This document shows positions 1 through 9,959 of a DNA stretch of 64,000 nt, piece by piece; the stretch's first letter is position 1; every line of letters begins with the position of its first letter. Position numbers and translations under genes: made by a program. Under the pieces are notes generated by a model. That model made no database searches, was not told the DNA's origin, and was given only the letters and a program-made list of their open reading frames with translations. Source of the DNA: Bacillota bacterium (lineage in GTDB: Bacteria > Bacillota > Clostridia > Acetivibrionales > DTU013); NCBI GenBank assembly GCA_023412915.1, contig JAEZRE010000001.1:23040-87039 (forward strand), written 5' to 3'.

Positions 1-46
1 GGTTGGACGCGTATAAGCGCGGTTAAGCCTGTTCGGGGTTTTGCAT

Positions 47-76
47 TTGACAATGCGACGCGTCGAATGCTATAAT
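47..76 (+). promoter_or_regulatory. Candidate sigma-A promoter for rho
   Basis: TTGACA (47-52), 18-nt spacer, TATAAT (71-76). This would give a ~200-nt 5' UTR ahead of rho. Confidence 0.45.
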
Positions 77-281
77 ATTCTTTGTAATTGTGATTCATTC
101 TATTGTTTAGATTCCCTGTTTAAACTTAGAAAAAATATTTTTTCGTATAAAGCTGCGGTCGCAGTATGTCTATGATTAGAGGCCGTAGTTTGAACGGACG
201 GTCCGGATTTGTGACTCACAGATATTCATTCGGATTTCTGATTAACAAATTCATTTAATATATTTTAATAGGTGGTGGATT

Positions 282-2612
282 ATGGAAGAAGTGAACCTTA
301 CTGCGAAATCGTTGGAGGATTTGCAGTACATAGCCAAGATGATGGGCTTGAGAAGTATCAACAGTTATTCCAAGGAAGAACTAATCGAAAAAATTCATAA
401 GGCTGGAGACGGCGGCGCCAAAAAGAAGGGCGGCGACGAAACGGACAGCGCCGAAGCCGGCATTGATGAGTTGGCCGTAAAGTCTAAAAAAGGCAGGAAA
501 CCCAAAAAAGCAGAAACTGAAGAAGTTCCGGCAGCTGCAGCCGAAACTTCCGAAAATATAAAAACATCCCGCAGAACCAGAAAATCCAATGCTTCCGATG
601 CTGCTGAAAATAAAGGCGGATCGGAAAAAGCGCCTGAAGAGCAAACCGATATCGTTGAAATTAAAACAACCGACGAAGCAAAGACTGTCGAGCAACAGCC
701 GGAACAGGCCGCTGCGGCAGCGGAGGAACCCGTTGTCCTGAGAAAGTCCAAAAGGGGCAGGCCCAGCAAGACAGCCATGGAAGATAAAAAGGCGGCAAAG
801 GCCGGAGAAATAAAGGCCGAAGAAGCGAAACCAGCAGAAGAAAAGCCCACAGAAGAAAAGCCCACAGAAGAAAAGCCCGCAGGTAAAGTAACCGAAGCTG
901 CTGTTATTCCGTCCGAAGCCGCAAAACCGGTCGACGGACAGCAGCAAAACGAACCTTTGCAAAGAGAAGCGCAGCAGGAAGCCCCTGAATCGTCAAAACC
1001 GGCTGCAACAGTAAAAAATGGTACGACTGCAGGCGCTGTAAGAGAAGCAGCTGAAGGAGCCGATACAACTGCAAACAGAGGCGTTTACAAGCCAAGATAT
1101 GATAGAAACCGCGGCAGGCAATGGCAGCGGGATGAAAGGCAACCATCCTCCGAAGCGCAGGCGGAAAGGCCTGCGGCAACTCAAGTGACAGTCCAGGTAA
1201 GGCCTGAGTACGATGATACCGCAAAGCCCGATCCCAACAGACAAGAATACAGGGCCGAACCTTCCAGACAGGAATATAGGCCTGAGAATGGCAGACAGGA
1301 TACCAGACCAGATAACGGCAGATCTGAATTCCGTCAGGATTACAGACCTGAGAACGGCAACGGAAGACCGGACGAAGCTGTCAGGACTGAAGACAGGCAA
1401 ATGCAGAGGCCTTATGACCAGCAGCAGAGAAAGGAACCCTGGAACCAGCAGCAGGATAGACAAGTCCAGCAAAACGGGGCTGAAAAAATAGAAAGCGACG
1501 ATCCGGTGGAAGGTGTACTGGAAGTGCTTCCCGATGGCTACGGCTTCTTAAGGAGCGACAACTTCCTGTCGGGGACCAAGGACGTATACGTTTCCCCATC
1601 GCAGATAAGAAGATTCGGCCTCAAAACCGGAGACAAGGTAAAGGGCAAGGGCAGGATACCGAAGGAAGGCGAGAAATTCCAGGCGCTGCTTTACGTGCAG
1701 ACCGTCAACGGCGATACGCCCGATGTGGCTTCAAAGAGGATATCCTTCGAGTATTTGACGCCGATATTCCCAAATCAGCGCATAACTCTCGAAACCTCTC
1801 CGAGGGAGCTCTCGACGAGGCTGATCGACCTGATTGCGCCGATAGGCAGGGGCCAGAGAGGTATGATAGTGTCTCCGCCTAAAGCAGGTAAAACCATACT
1901 GCTTAAGAAAATAGCAAACGCCATCACTACCAATTACCCCGAGATAGAACTGATCGTGCTGCTGATCGACGAACGTCCCGAGGAAGTTACCGACATGCAG
2001 CGTTCTATTGACGGGGAAATAATTTATTCCACCTTCGACAAGGTGCCCGAGCACCATATAAAAGTTGCTGAAATGGTACTAGAGAGGGCTCAAAGGCTTG
2101 TCGAGCACAAAAAGGATGTAGTTATACTCCTTGACAGTATCACAAGGCTCGCGAGGGCATATAACCTTACGATCCCGCCCACGGGCAGAACGCTTTCAGG
2201 CGGTCTCGATCCGGGTGCGCTGCATAGCCCCAAGAGGTTCTTCGGATCGGCGCGTAATATTGAATTCGGAGGCAGCCTGACCATTATCGCCACGGCGCTG
2301 ATCGAAACGGGCAGCCGTATGGACGACGTCATTTTCGAAGAGTTCAAGGGTACGGGTAACATGGAAATCCATCTTGACAGGAAGATGTCGGAAAAACGTA
2401 TTTTCCCGGCCATCGACATCAATAAGTCCGGTACGAGGAGAGAGGACCTGCTGCTGAACCAGAAGGAAATGGAAAGCATCTGGGCCATAAGGAAGGCCAT
2501 GAGTAACCTCGGCACCTCGGACGTTACTGAAATGATACTCAACAGGCTGACCCAAACCAAGACCAATGAGGATTTCGTGAACAGCATTAACAAGTCGTTC
2601 ATTGATAAATAA
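282..2612 (+). CDS. rho: Transcription termination factor Rho with a ~360-aa low-complexity insertion
   Basis: 776-aa ORF. It has an N-terminal Rho_N-like segment ([20 protein letters not shown]), a cold-shock-like RNA-binding domain ([18 protein letters not shown]), a Walker A motif (SPPKAGKT), a RecA-type core and the C-terminal [10 protein letters not shown] motif. Confidence 0.95.
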   Translation: MEEVNLTAKSLEDLQYIAKMMGLRSINSYSKEELIEKIHKAGDGGAKKKGGDETDSAEAGIDELAVKSKKGRKPKKAETEEVPAAAAETSENIKTSRRTRKSNASDAAENKGGSEKAPEEQTDIVEIKTTDEAKTVEQQPEQAAAAAEEPVVLRKSKRGRPSKTAMEDKKAAKAGEIKAEEAKPAEEKPTEEKPTEEKPAGKVTEAAVIPSEAAKPVDGQQQNEPLQREAQQEAPESSKPAATVKNGTTAGAVREAAEGADTTANRGVYKPRYDRNRGRQWQRDERQPSSEAQAERPAATQVTVQVRPEYDDTAKPDPNRQEYRAEPSRQEYRPENGRQDTRPDNGRSEFRQDYRPENGNGRPDEAVRTEDRQMQRPYDQQQRKEPWNQQQDRQVQQNGAEKIESDDPVEGVLEVLPDGYGFLRSDNFLSGTKDVYVSPSQIRRFGLKTGDKVKGKGRIPKEGEKFQALLYVQTVNGDTPDVASKRISFEYLTPIFPNQRITLETSPRELSTRLIDLIAPIGRGQRGMIVSPPKAGKTILLKKIANAITTNYPEIELIVLLIDERPEEVTDMQRSIDGEIIYSTFDKVPEHHIKVAEMVLERAQRLVEHKKDVVILLDSITRLARAYNLTIPPTGRTLSGGLDPGALHSPKRFFGSARNIEFGGSLTIIATALIETGSRMDDVIFEEFKGTGNMEIHLDRKMSEKRIFPAIDINKSGTRREDLLLNQKEMESIWAIRKAMSNLGTSDVTEMILNRLTQTKTNEDFVNSINKSFIDK
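837..881 (+). repeat. Three tandem 15-nt repeats inside rho (GAAGAAAAGCCCACA x3)
   Basis: Units lie at 837-851, 852-866 and 867-881, with one mismatch in the last. They encode [15 protein letters not shown]. Confidence 0.9.
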
Positions 2613-2619
2613 AAATAAT

Positions 2620-2652
2620 AAGGGGAGTCCTTGTGGGCTCCCCTTATTTTTT
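2620..2652. terminator. Bidirectional intrinsic terminator between rho and the convergent ADH gene
   Basis: Stem AAGGGGAG (2620-2627) / CTCCCCTT (2638-2645). It is flanked by an A-run upstream and a T-run downstream. Confidence 0.75.
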
Positions 2653-2653
2653 C

Positions 2654-3730
2654 TTAGAATCTGAACGCCACCTTAAAATCTCCGTATTTCCCTGTGGCAT
2701 ATTCGAAAGCGGTTTCCCAATCCTTCAGCTCAAACATTCTGCTGACTATGCCATTCGTTTTAAGTTTGCCGTTGTCGATATTTTCTATTACAAAAGGAAA
2801 GCAATAGGGAGATAGATGAGCACCAAGCACATCCAGTTCCTTGCGGTCGCCGATAATGGACCAGTCCAGGGTGGTTGGCCCGGCGAATACGGAGAATTCC
2901 ACAAATCTGCCCAGCTTTCGGATCATCTGCATACCCTGTATTACAGAGGAGGGATGGCCGGTGGCTTCAATATAGGTATCACAGCCATAGCCGTTGGTCA
3001 GCTCCATGATGTTCCGTACCACATCGACTTTGGACGGGTTCCAGACGATATCCGCGCCGAATTCCGCGGCCTTTTCCAGACGTTTGTCCACCATATCCAG
3101 AACGATCAACTTTTTGGGGCTGCGCATACTTGCGTAGGTCGTCATACCCAGACCGAGAGTACCTGCGCCTGATAGAACGACGATATCCTCGCTGCCAATC
3201 TGCGCACGGTCCACGCAATGCTTTGAGCAGGCGTAGGGCTCGATCAGCAATGCTTTCTCCAGAGGCATGGAAATAGGTACTCTATGGATAACGGAATGCT
3301 GGACAGGAATACGGACATATTCTGCCAGGCCCCCGCAATAATCCTTAAAGAAACCGTAGATCCGGTGGGGCTGACACATCCAGTAGTGACCGTCCCTACA
3401 GAACCTGCATTCGCCACAGGGGGCAATTTGGTCGACGGCAATGCGTTCGCCCATCTTGAAGCCCTTTGTATTTTTACCGGCATAAGCGATTGTACCGACG
3501 AATTCATGGCCGGGGATAAAGGGAGGTTCCACCCAGGAAGGCTGGGTATCGTCACCCCAGAACATAGCGGCGCCATGCCGGCATTTCAGGTCACCGGCGC
3601 AGATGCCGCAGCCTTCGGTCCGGATCAGAATATCATCTGGACCGCATTCGGGGACGGGATAGTTTTCTTCAAACCGGAAATCGTCGGCGCTGTATGCAAC
3701 AAGCGCCTTCATTGTATGGGGAACGGACAT
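2654..3730 (-). CDS. Zinc-dependent alcohol/polyol dehydrogenase (MDR family, sorbitol/threonine dehydrogenase-like)
   Basis: Catalytic Zn motifs are CGICAGD and GHEFVG. The structural Zn cluster is CGECRFCRDGHYWMC, and the Rossmann motif is VLSGAGTLGLG. The start was trimmed to the ATG at 3730, which follows an AGGAGG RBS. The track ORF extends to 3763. Confidence 0.85.
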   Translation of the reverse strand: MSVPHTMKALVAYSADDFRFEENYPVPECGPDDILIRTEGCGICAGDLKCRHGAAMFWGDDTQPSWVEPPFIPGHEFVGTIAYAGKNTKGFKMGERIAVDQIAPCGECRFCRDGHYWMCQPHRIYGFFKDYCGGLAEYVRIPVQHSVIHRVPISMPLEKALLIEPYACSKHCVDRAQIGSEDIVVLSGAGTLGLGMTTYASMRSPKKLIVLDMVDKRLEKAAEFGADIVWNPSKVDVVRNIMELTNGYGCDTYIEATGHPSSVIQGMQMIRKLGRFVEFSVFAGPTTLDWSIIGDRKELDVLGAHLSPYCFPFVIENIDNGKLKTNGIVSRMFELKDWETAFEYATGKYGDFKVAFRF

Positions 3731-3752
3731 CTTGTTTCCTCCTTTACCTCTT

Positions 3753-5111
3753 TCATAATTCAATAATGCAACCGTCCTTTTTCAATTCCATGCGAAGCTC
3801 CTGAACATCAATCTCAGAGGGAAGAACTCCATGCTTATACGCTATCGCCATAGCGGTTCCTGCTGCCTGACTCACCGCCATGCAGGTAGGCATAACGCGT
3901 ATCATGGCAAAGGCATTCTGGTCGACGGAAATCGTTCTTCCGCTCATAAGAAGTCCTTCAACCGTCTCCGGTACGAGACATTCGAAAGGTATGCCAATTC
4001 CGTGCTTTACAGGCATCATGTACATGGCCTCGCTGTCGGGGCTGTGTATGTCCACGTTATACCCTGCGATTGCAACTGTATCATCAGGAATTTCAAGGTT
4101 TTTGATATTCTCCAGAGTTAGCTGCTTTTTGCCGACAATGCGCCTGCTCTCTCTTACGCCAAGAAAGGGTATTATAGAAACAAGCTGAGCGTTTTCGAAG
4201 CCGGGAATATACTTTTTCATAAACGGCACCAGTTCCTTTACCTGCTTATGGCAGAGAAATTCCGCTTTGATTACACTTTCAAAATCTGTAACGTCCGTAT
4301 CTATGGACCGTGTGACATTGACAAACGCTTCCCCGCCGATTTGCTTCGAGATGTCGATCATATTGCGTGGAATAGTATATTCTCCCGTTTTTCTTCCTTC
4401 TTTCACGATATCACTGAAGCCCATGATTGAGAAACATTTGTTGTTTACAAAAAAGTCAAGATTTTGCTCGATCCCGGGAAAAGTATCAGGTAATTTATAT
4501 GCTTCCGGGTGCTCGGCAAGATAATGAAGGAATTTGTCATAATCCACATTTCCAAGCTCAAAAGTGATTGTCGGTGGTTGCATCCCTTTTCCATCGGCGT
4601 TGCCCTTCTCATACCTTGCGCCGGCTTTATACGCGACACATGCGTCTCCGGTCGCATCTATGATGTAATCGGATTCGTAGAACATTTCTTCTCCGCGACA
4701 AAATACGCTTACGCCTTTCACTTTACCGTTATCGACCTTGACACTCTTGAGCTCTGCATAAAGAAGAACGTCAAGATTCTCCTCCTGCTCACACATTTCA
4801 AATAGAATGATGCTCATCCATGTGTTTTTTACATGTGTCATGGAGTTGAGGATCGGCGAGCGTATATGCCCGTTCGCTCCACCGACTTCAACGAGCCTGT
4901 CGATGATCTCCTGGGCAATGCCCTTTACAACGGTATTTCCTGAGCGGTCAAGGAAAGCAAGAAGCGGGAGACCCGATACCAGCAAACCGCCTATCTGTGC
5001 ATTTTTCTCAACAAGTAAAACCTTAAGCCCTTTTCTTGCTGCGGCTATAGCTGCAGGAACCCCACCGGAACCGGATCCGACTACAATCAAATCATATTTT
5101 TGCCTATACAT
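3753..5111 (-). CDS. FAD-dependent oxidoreductase, cytoplasmic, function unknown
   Basis: N-terminal dinucleotide-binding motif DLIVVGSGSGGVPAAIAAARKG, and no signal peptide. It is a paralogue of the ORF at 48984-50357. Confidence 0.75.
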   Translation of the reverse strand: MYRQKYDLIVVGSGSGGVPAAIAAARKGLKVLLVEKNAQIGGLLVSGLPLLAFLDRSGNTVVKGIAQEIIDRLVEVGGANGHIRSPILNSMTHVKNTWMSIILFEMCEQEENLDVLLYAELKSVKVDNGKVKGVSVFCRGEEMFYESDYIIDATGDACVAYKAGARYEKGNADGKGMQPPTITFELGNVDYDKFLHYLAEHPEAYKLPDTFPGIEQNLDFFVNNKCFSIMGFSDIVKEGRKTGEYTIPRNMIDISKQIGGEAFVNVTRSIDTDVTDFESVIKAEFLCHKQVKELVPFMKKYIPGFENAQLVSIIPFLGVRESRRIVGKKQLTLENIKNLEIPDDTVAIAGYNVDIHSPDSEAMYMMPVKHGIGIPFECLVPETVEGLLMSGRTISVDQNAFAMIRVMPTCMAVSQAAGTAMAIAYKHGVLPSEIDVQELRMELKKDGCIIEL

Positions 5112-5167
5112 TTTTTCTCTCCTCTTTATGTGTCGCTATTTAAGCACTTTGACTGGACACCAAATGT

Positions 5168-6013
5168 TTATTCTTTAACTGCACCTGCAGTTAAGCCGGA
5201 AATGAGCATTTTCCCGAGAAATGAAAATACAATGAGGACCGGGATGACCGCAAGAGTTGCGGCGGCTGTCAGCGGGCCCCACTCCCGGCCGAAGTACCCG
5301 ATATAGTTATATATGGATACCTGTATTGGGTATAATGTCTGGGAATTAACCAGTACCGACGATACGGTATATTCGTTCCATGCACCGATAAAGATCATAA
5401 GAGCAGCGCAAGCCAGCGTCGGCTTGCAAATGTTCGGTATGAGGGAAAAAATGATATACCATTTTGACGCACCATCCATCTGGGCCGCCTCCTCGATGGC
5501 ATAGGGCACGCCCTGCATGCCGCCCAGTACGATCCATACCGCCATCGGAATATTGTATGCGATATAAATGAGTGGAAGGGTATACCATTTGTTATTCATT
5601 CCTAAAAAGGAAAACAGCATATAGTTTGGGACCACCATCGCCGCACTCCCCATTGAAAGTGGAATTCCGCAGACAATTAAGTAGAACAGGACCTTTTTCA
5701 TTTTAAAATGGCAGCGGGTTAGCGCATAGCCCGACAGCATTGCCGAAACAACGCCGATTATCACAGAAGCCAGACTGTATAGGATGCTGTTTATTGCCGC
5801 TGCCGAAAAAGAGCCTTTGAGTACTGTGAGATAATGCTCTGTACTTGCGGTGAATCCAATGAATTTGGGCGGAAAAATCATCAGTTCACGGGCTGTTTTA
5901 AGAGAAGTGACCCCGCCCCATAAAAACGGTACGAGATTTAAAAAAAGGACCAGGAGAAATGCGACCGTACCGAGTGATATTAAAGTATATTTTGAAATAG
6001 TTCTAGATCTCAT
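5168..6013 (-). CDS. Carbohydrate ABC transporter permease (CUT1, MalG-like)
   Basis: 281 aa, multi-pass membrane protein, with an EAA-loop-like IEEAAQMDGASKW. Confidence 0.85.
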   Translation of the reverse strand: MRSRTISKYTLISLGTVAFLLVLFLNLVPFLWGGVTSLKTARELMIFPPKFIGFTASTEHYLTVLKGSFSAAAINSILYSLASVIIGVVSAMLSGYALTRCHFKMKKVLFYLIVCGIPLSMGSAAMVVPNYMLFSFLGMNNKWYTLPLIYIAYNIPMAVWIVLGGMQGVPYAIEEAAQMDGASKWYIIFSLIPNICKPTLACAALMIFIGAWNEYTVSSVLVNSQTLYPIQVSIYNYIGYFGREWGPLTAAATLAVIPVLIVFSFLGKMLISGLTAGAVKE

Positions 6014-6914
6014 ATTTCACCGCCTTAATATAAATAACCGCCAGCAGGAAATTCAACAGACACAGGATAATGGACAATGCACTGGATTCCCCGAAGTGAT
6101 AGCTCGAAAAGCTCATACGGTACACTTCGATGGCCACAACCTTTGTGGACGTGCCTGGTCCGCCTGCCAGAAGTGTAAGCGGGACGTTGAGGTTATTTAT
6201 GTTTGACAATCCGACAATAATCGCTGAAATGGTAAGGGGCGTCTTGAGAAGGGGGAATCGTATGCGCCAGAATAAATTCCACCGGTTTGCACCATCGATA
6301 AACCCTGCCTCCTCGTATTCATGAGGGATCGATTTAAGCCCTGCCAGTATCTGTACCATGACATATCCGACAACACGCCATGTCATAACGAAGATCAGCG
6401 TGTAAATGGCTATGCTTTTATCCGTTAAAAATCCGACCTTGCCGATACCGATTTGTGAAAGGAGATAATTAAGCAGGCCCGTTTCATCCTGAAATATCCA
6501 TTTCCATAGCATGGCAGCAACAATCATTGAAGTGACCCACGGAATCAGGATGATAATCTGTAAGGAATACGCCAGCCGGCTGCTCAACGCATTGATCCAT
6601 AAAGCCAGTCCGACGCCTGCTACCAGGGAGATGGCAAGACTGATCCCGGAAACGTAAAACGATCTTCCGATGGACTTTAGCACCTCTGAATCCGTAAGGA
6701 TATCGATATAGTTTGAGAACCCCAAAAATCTTGAAAACTGCATGTAGTCGTTGCGGTAAAGGCTGCAGAAGAACGCGAAACCAAGCGGAACGACCAAAAA
6801 TATGAGTACAAATAGCAGTGTGGGGGACATCAGTAAATAGGGAAATAACCTTTTAGTCCCCTCCTTGAGCAGAGAGTGTAGAAAACTATTCTTATTCTTC
6901 ATTGCCTTGACCAT
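6003..6914 (-). CDS. Carbohydrate ABC transporter permease (CUT1, MalF-like)
   Basis: 303 aa, multi-pass, with the EAA loop YEEAGFIDGANRW. It overlaps the downstream permease gene. Confidence 0.85.
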   Translation of the reverse strand: MVKAMKNKNSFLHSLLKEGTKRLFPYLLMSPTLLFVLIFLVVPLGFAFFCSLYRNDYMQFSRFLGFSNYIDILTDSEVLKSIGRSFYVSGISLAISLVAGVGLALWINALSSRLAYSLQIIILIPWVTSMIVAAMLWKWIFQDETGLLNYLLSQIGIGKVGFLTDKSIAIYTLIFVMTWRVVGYVMVQILAGLKSIPHEYEEAGFIDGANRWNLFWRIRFPLLKTPLTISAIIVGLSNINNLNVPLTLLAGGPGTSTKVVAIEVYRMSFSSYHFGESSALSIILCLLNFLLAVIYIKAVKYEI

Positions 6915-6989
6915 TGACCAGGCTCCTCCGCTTTCTTATTTTTGCGGGGAATCCTTACATAGGACTCCCCGCGCGCCTTGAAAGACATC

Positions 6990-8393
6990 TTATCGGTCTA
7001 CATTCCTATCAGTAAAGTCCTGTGCTGCTTTCTTCAAAGCATCCTCCACGCTGAGCCCGTCGTTGAACGCATAAATCATCGCATTTTGTAGATCAAGCGC
7101 GAAGCTGGTTATACCGTAGGAGCCGGAGAATACCAGCGCTGACTTGGTATAAATTTTTTGGGTCGTTGTCATCCAGGAGTTAGCCGGCGTGTTGATGAAA
7201 TCCGCGGCAGTATCAAACGTTGAATTGAGGACCGGCATCTGGTTGGCTTCCGTTACCCACATCTTATCTGCCTCGGGTGATACCAGATACTCCAGAAATC
7301 TTCCCGCTGCTTCCTTGTTCTTGCAACCGGACCAAACTGCCGTGTTCCAGGCATAAGCGTTGGCAATGGAGTTGCCCTGTCCGCTGTTCCATTCAGGATA
7401 AGCCATGAAGCCTACATAATTCGGGTCGAAGGAGGTAAGGCTCTTTACGGTGGGCACGCGCACTGATCCGCCGGATATCATTGCAAACTGCCCTGCTTCA
7501 AACATGTTGTAAACTTCTTCTGATGTTAGGGCAACGCAGCTTGGAGGCATTACCTTGTATTTATTAATCAGGTCGAGTTGGAACTGAAGGCCTGCTTTTC
7601 CAGCCTCACCGGCCCAATTATTCGGGTGGCCGTCTTTTGTAAAAATACCGCCCTCCTGGCTGAATAAAACTGTCGGAAGTACTCCGTGGGGATCGGTTAC
7701 ATCAGTACTATAACCTACGCCGTAGCCGTAAACCTGAAGCTTGTCTTCATTGACATAGGTGAGTTTTTGTGCCGCCTTCACAAGGTCGTTCCAGGTTTTT
7801 ATATCTTCCGGTTTTATGCCGAATTTATCAAACAGATCTGTTCTGTACATAATACCAAAGGTGCCGGAAAAAAGAGGGATCTCATAATGATATTTTCCGT
7901 TATAGCCTGCCCTGAACAGTTCGGTATCTATATCTGTCAGCTGTTCGGGCGTCCATTTGTCGAGGAACATGTTCTCAAGCGGTTCCATACATCCCGATGC
8001 AATTGCCTCGCCAAGATTGGCCATATTGATCATGAAAATGTCGGGAGCATTGCCCGCTGCATGTCCGGCTATGACTTTAGCGGACATTGTTGTCCATTCC
8101 TGCGTTTCAACATTTACAACAACCCCGGGGTTGTTGGCTTCAAAGCTGTCAATCAGTTTGCCAAGTACCACGGCGCGCGCGTTGGTAGACGCCAGATCAA
8201 GGAATGTCCACATGGTTAGATTTGCAGGCTCTGCAGTCTCTTCTGGTTTACCTGTTGTAGAATCGGAAGTGGAAGCTGCTGTGGGCGGTGTGGAATCCGT
8301 TGCCTGCTGTGCGGGCTCCGATGAGGAACACCCTGTGAACAAACTCATTAACATCATCAGGAGCAATACGATTGTGGTTACTTTTTTGCCCAT
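6990..8393 (-). CDS. Extracellular solute-binding lipoprotein of the sugar ABC transporter
   Basis: Signal peptide plus lipobox (LFTGC), followed by an S/T/P-rich linker. The 467-aa size is typical of family-1 SBPs. Confidence 0.85.
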   Translation of the reverse strand: MGKKVTTIVLLLMMLMSLFTGCSSSEPAQQATDSTPPTAASTSDSTTGKPEETAEPANLTMWTFLDLASTNARAVVLGKLIDSFEANNPGVVVNVETQEWTTMSAKVIAGHAAGNAPDIFMINMANLGEAIASGCMEPLENMFLDKWTPEQLTDIDTELFRAGYNGKYHYEIPLFSGTFGIMYRTDLFDKFGIKPEDIKTWNDLVKAAQKLTYVNEDKLQVYGYGVGYSTDVTDPHGVLPTVLFSQEGGIFTKDGHPNNWAGEAGKAGLQFQLDLINKYKVMPPSCVALTSEEVYNMFEAGQFAMISGGSVRVPTVKSLTSFDPNYVGFMAYPEWNSGQGNSIANAYAWNTAVWSGCKNKEAAGRFLEYLVSPEADKMWVTEANQMPVLNSTFDTAADFINTPANSWMTTTQKIYTKSALVFSGSYGITSFALDLQNAMIYAFNDGLSVEDALKKAAQDFTDRNVDR

Positions 8394-8455
8394 TTCTTTT
8401 CCTCCTAAAATGTATTTAAAGTATTACCCTCTGCGGCACTGTTGAGTTTCATAAT

Positions 8456-8469
8456 TCGTAACGTTACGA
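8456..8469. promoter_or_regulatory. LacI-family operator upstream of the SBP gene
   Basis: Perfect 14-bp palindrome TCGTAACGTTACGA with a central CG, 63 nt upstream of the SBP start codon. Confidence 0.6.
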
Positions 8470-8497
8470 TTTTGAGCAAAATAAATCGGCCTTTCTA

Positions 8498-9544
8498 TTA
8501 TTCCGATTCAGTTAGATTTTTGACAGATTTTCTTTCAACAATGTCGCACGGCAAAAGTATGCCGTCATGCTTTTTTGTAGGATTTTTGAGACGCTCGAGG
8601 ATTAGACGGCACGCTTCCCGTGACATCAAATCCTTATTCCAGTCGACGCTTGTTAGTGGAGGATTCATATAGGATGATATGACTAGATTCTCATATCCTA
8701 AAAGTGAAATATCATCCGGTATACGTATCTTTTTCTCATAAAAAAACTGGCACGCACCCGCTGCAAGAATATCAGCGCCAAATATCACTGCCGTAGGAAA
8801 TTTATCTTCCGGCAATTCGCATATTTTTTCTGCAACTTCATAACCTTGGGAATACATGAATTTGCATTCGAATAAAAGCGCCCTGTCAAATTCTATTCCG
8901 GCTTCTTCCAGACCGGCTTTGTATCCTGCAAGCTTGCGTGGATATGCATACGATACGGAATCACCACTGACGTAGGCTATTCTCCGATGCCCGTTTTTCA
9001 CAAAATATCGGACGGCCATTAATAGTGACTCTGTATAATCGTTGATTACATAATCGGTAACGTCACTGAAGGTTCCTACTGTAACAATCACATTTATTTC
9101 TTTTTTCAACAGTTTAATGAATTCGTTTTTATAAAGCGACCCGACCACCATTACTCCGTCGACACGCTTTTGTTCAATGATTTTTGGAAGCTCCGTGCTA
9201 CCTTCATCATAAACAAAGCTTTCGATCAGTAAGCCATAGCCTGTTGTTTTTATCACTTCCGCAATTTCGTTAATATAGTCTGTATAGAAAATTTCATTAT
9301 CGCTATGATAATGGTTTTTTTTTGAACTGCTTCTGTTGTAGACCATTGTAACGAGACCGATGTTTTGCTTTCTGTTTGTGACAAGCTCTCTTGCGGAAAT
9401 ATTCGGAATATACCCAAGCTCGTTTATGGAATTAAGAACTCTTTCCCGAGTGGAGGGCTTTACGCAGTCGAGTCCGTTCACAACGGCTGAAACTGTGGTA
9501 GGAGAAACCTTCGCAGCTTTTGCCACATCTTTGATCGATGCCAT
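8498..9544 (-). CDS. LacI family transcriptional regulator
   Basis: N-terminal HTH MASIKDVAKAAKVSPTTVSAVVNG followed by a periplasmic-binding-protein-like sugar-binding core. Confidence 0.9.
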   Translation of the reverse strand: MASIKDVAKAAKVSPTTVSAVVNGLDCVKPSTRERVLNSINELGYIPNISARELVTNRKQNIGLVTMVYNRSSSKKNHYHSDNEIFYTDYINEIAEVIKTTGYGLLIESFVYDEGSTELPKIIEQKRVDGVMVVGSLYKNEFIKLLKKEINVIVTVGTFSDVTDYVINDYTESLLMAVRYFVKNGHRRIAYVSGDSVSYAYPRKLAGYKAGLEEAGIEFDRALLFECKFMYSQGYEVAEKICELPEDKFPTAVIFGADILAAGACQFFYEKKIRIPDDISLLGYENLVISSYMNPPLTSVDWNKDLMSREACRLILERLKNPTKKHDGILLPCDIVERKSVKNLTESE

Positions 9545-9565
9545 TTATCCACCAGCCTTAAAAAA

Positions 9566-9593
9566 TCTTAACGTTAAGATCTTATCGTTAAGA
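9566..9593. promoter_or_regulatory. Two abutting LacI-type operators upstream of the lacI-family gene
   Basis: TCTTAACGTTAAGA (9566-9579) is a perfect palindrome. TCTTATCGTTAAGA (9580-9593) has one mismatched pair. Both share a consensus with the site at 8456. Confidence 0.55.
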
Positions 9594-9860
9594 TTAATAT
9601 ACTATGAATGTGTAAATTTGTCAATATATTATTTCGACTTGTTTTTCTAGCGCCATTTGAAGCCATTTGTTTTGCCGGACTCTGCTTTTCCGGACTATCT
9701 AATATCAAAAGTTAAATTCCAACCCCACAGAGATCAGCTATGACCATAACTTTTTCAAAGTCAGCCTTTAAAAAGGTTAAGATGTATGATGTAGTATCAC
9801 TCAAGGGGGTACACGCAAATATATTTAGGCATTTGCTTAAGATGAGTTGAAAAATAGTGC

Positions 9861-9889
9861 TTGATTACCAATGCAAGTTATGTTAGAAT
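9861..9889 (+). promoter_or_regulatory. Candidate promoter for rpmE
   Basis: TTGATT (9861-9866), 17-nt spacer, extended -10 TGtTAGAAT (9881-9889). Confidence 0.5.
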
Positions 9890-9959
9890 ATTTTTTGCCT
9901 TATTTATTTGAGCAAAATGGCACAATCTATTTTGCAGATGGGCGGAGGAGAGTGAAAAG

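Noticed and set aside
381-1599. Several long antisense or alternative-frame ORFs within the rho insertion region (381-962, 395-865, 904-1224, 993-1472, 1213-1491).
   Set aside because: They lie entirely inside the low-complexity, repeat-rich part of rho. Biased composition there suppresses stop codons in other frames. They have no RBS and no recognisable motif.
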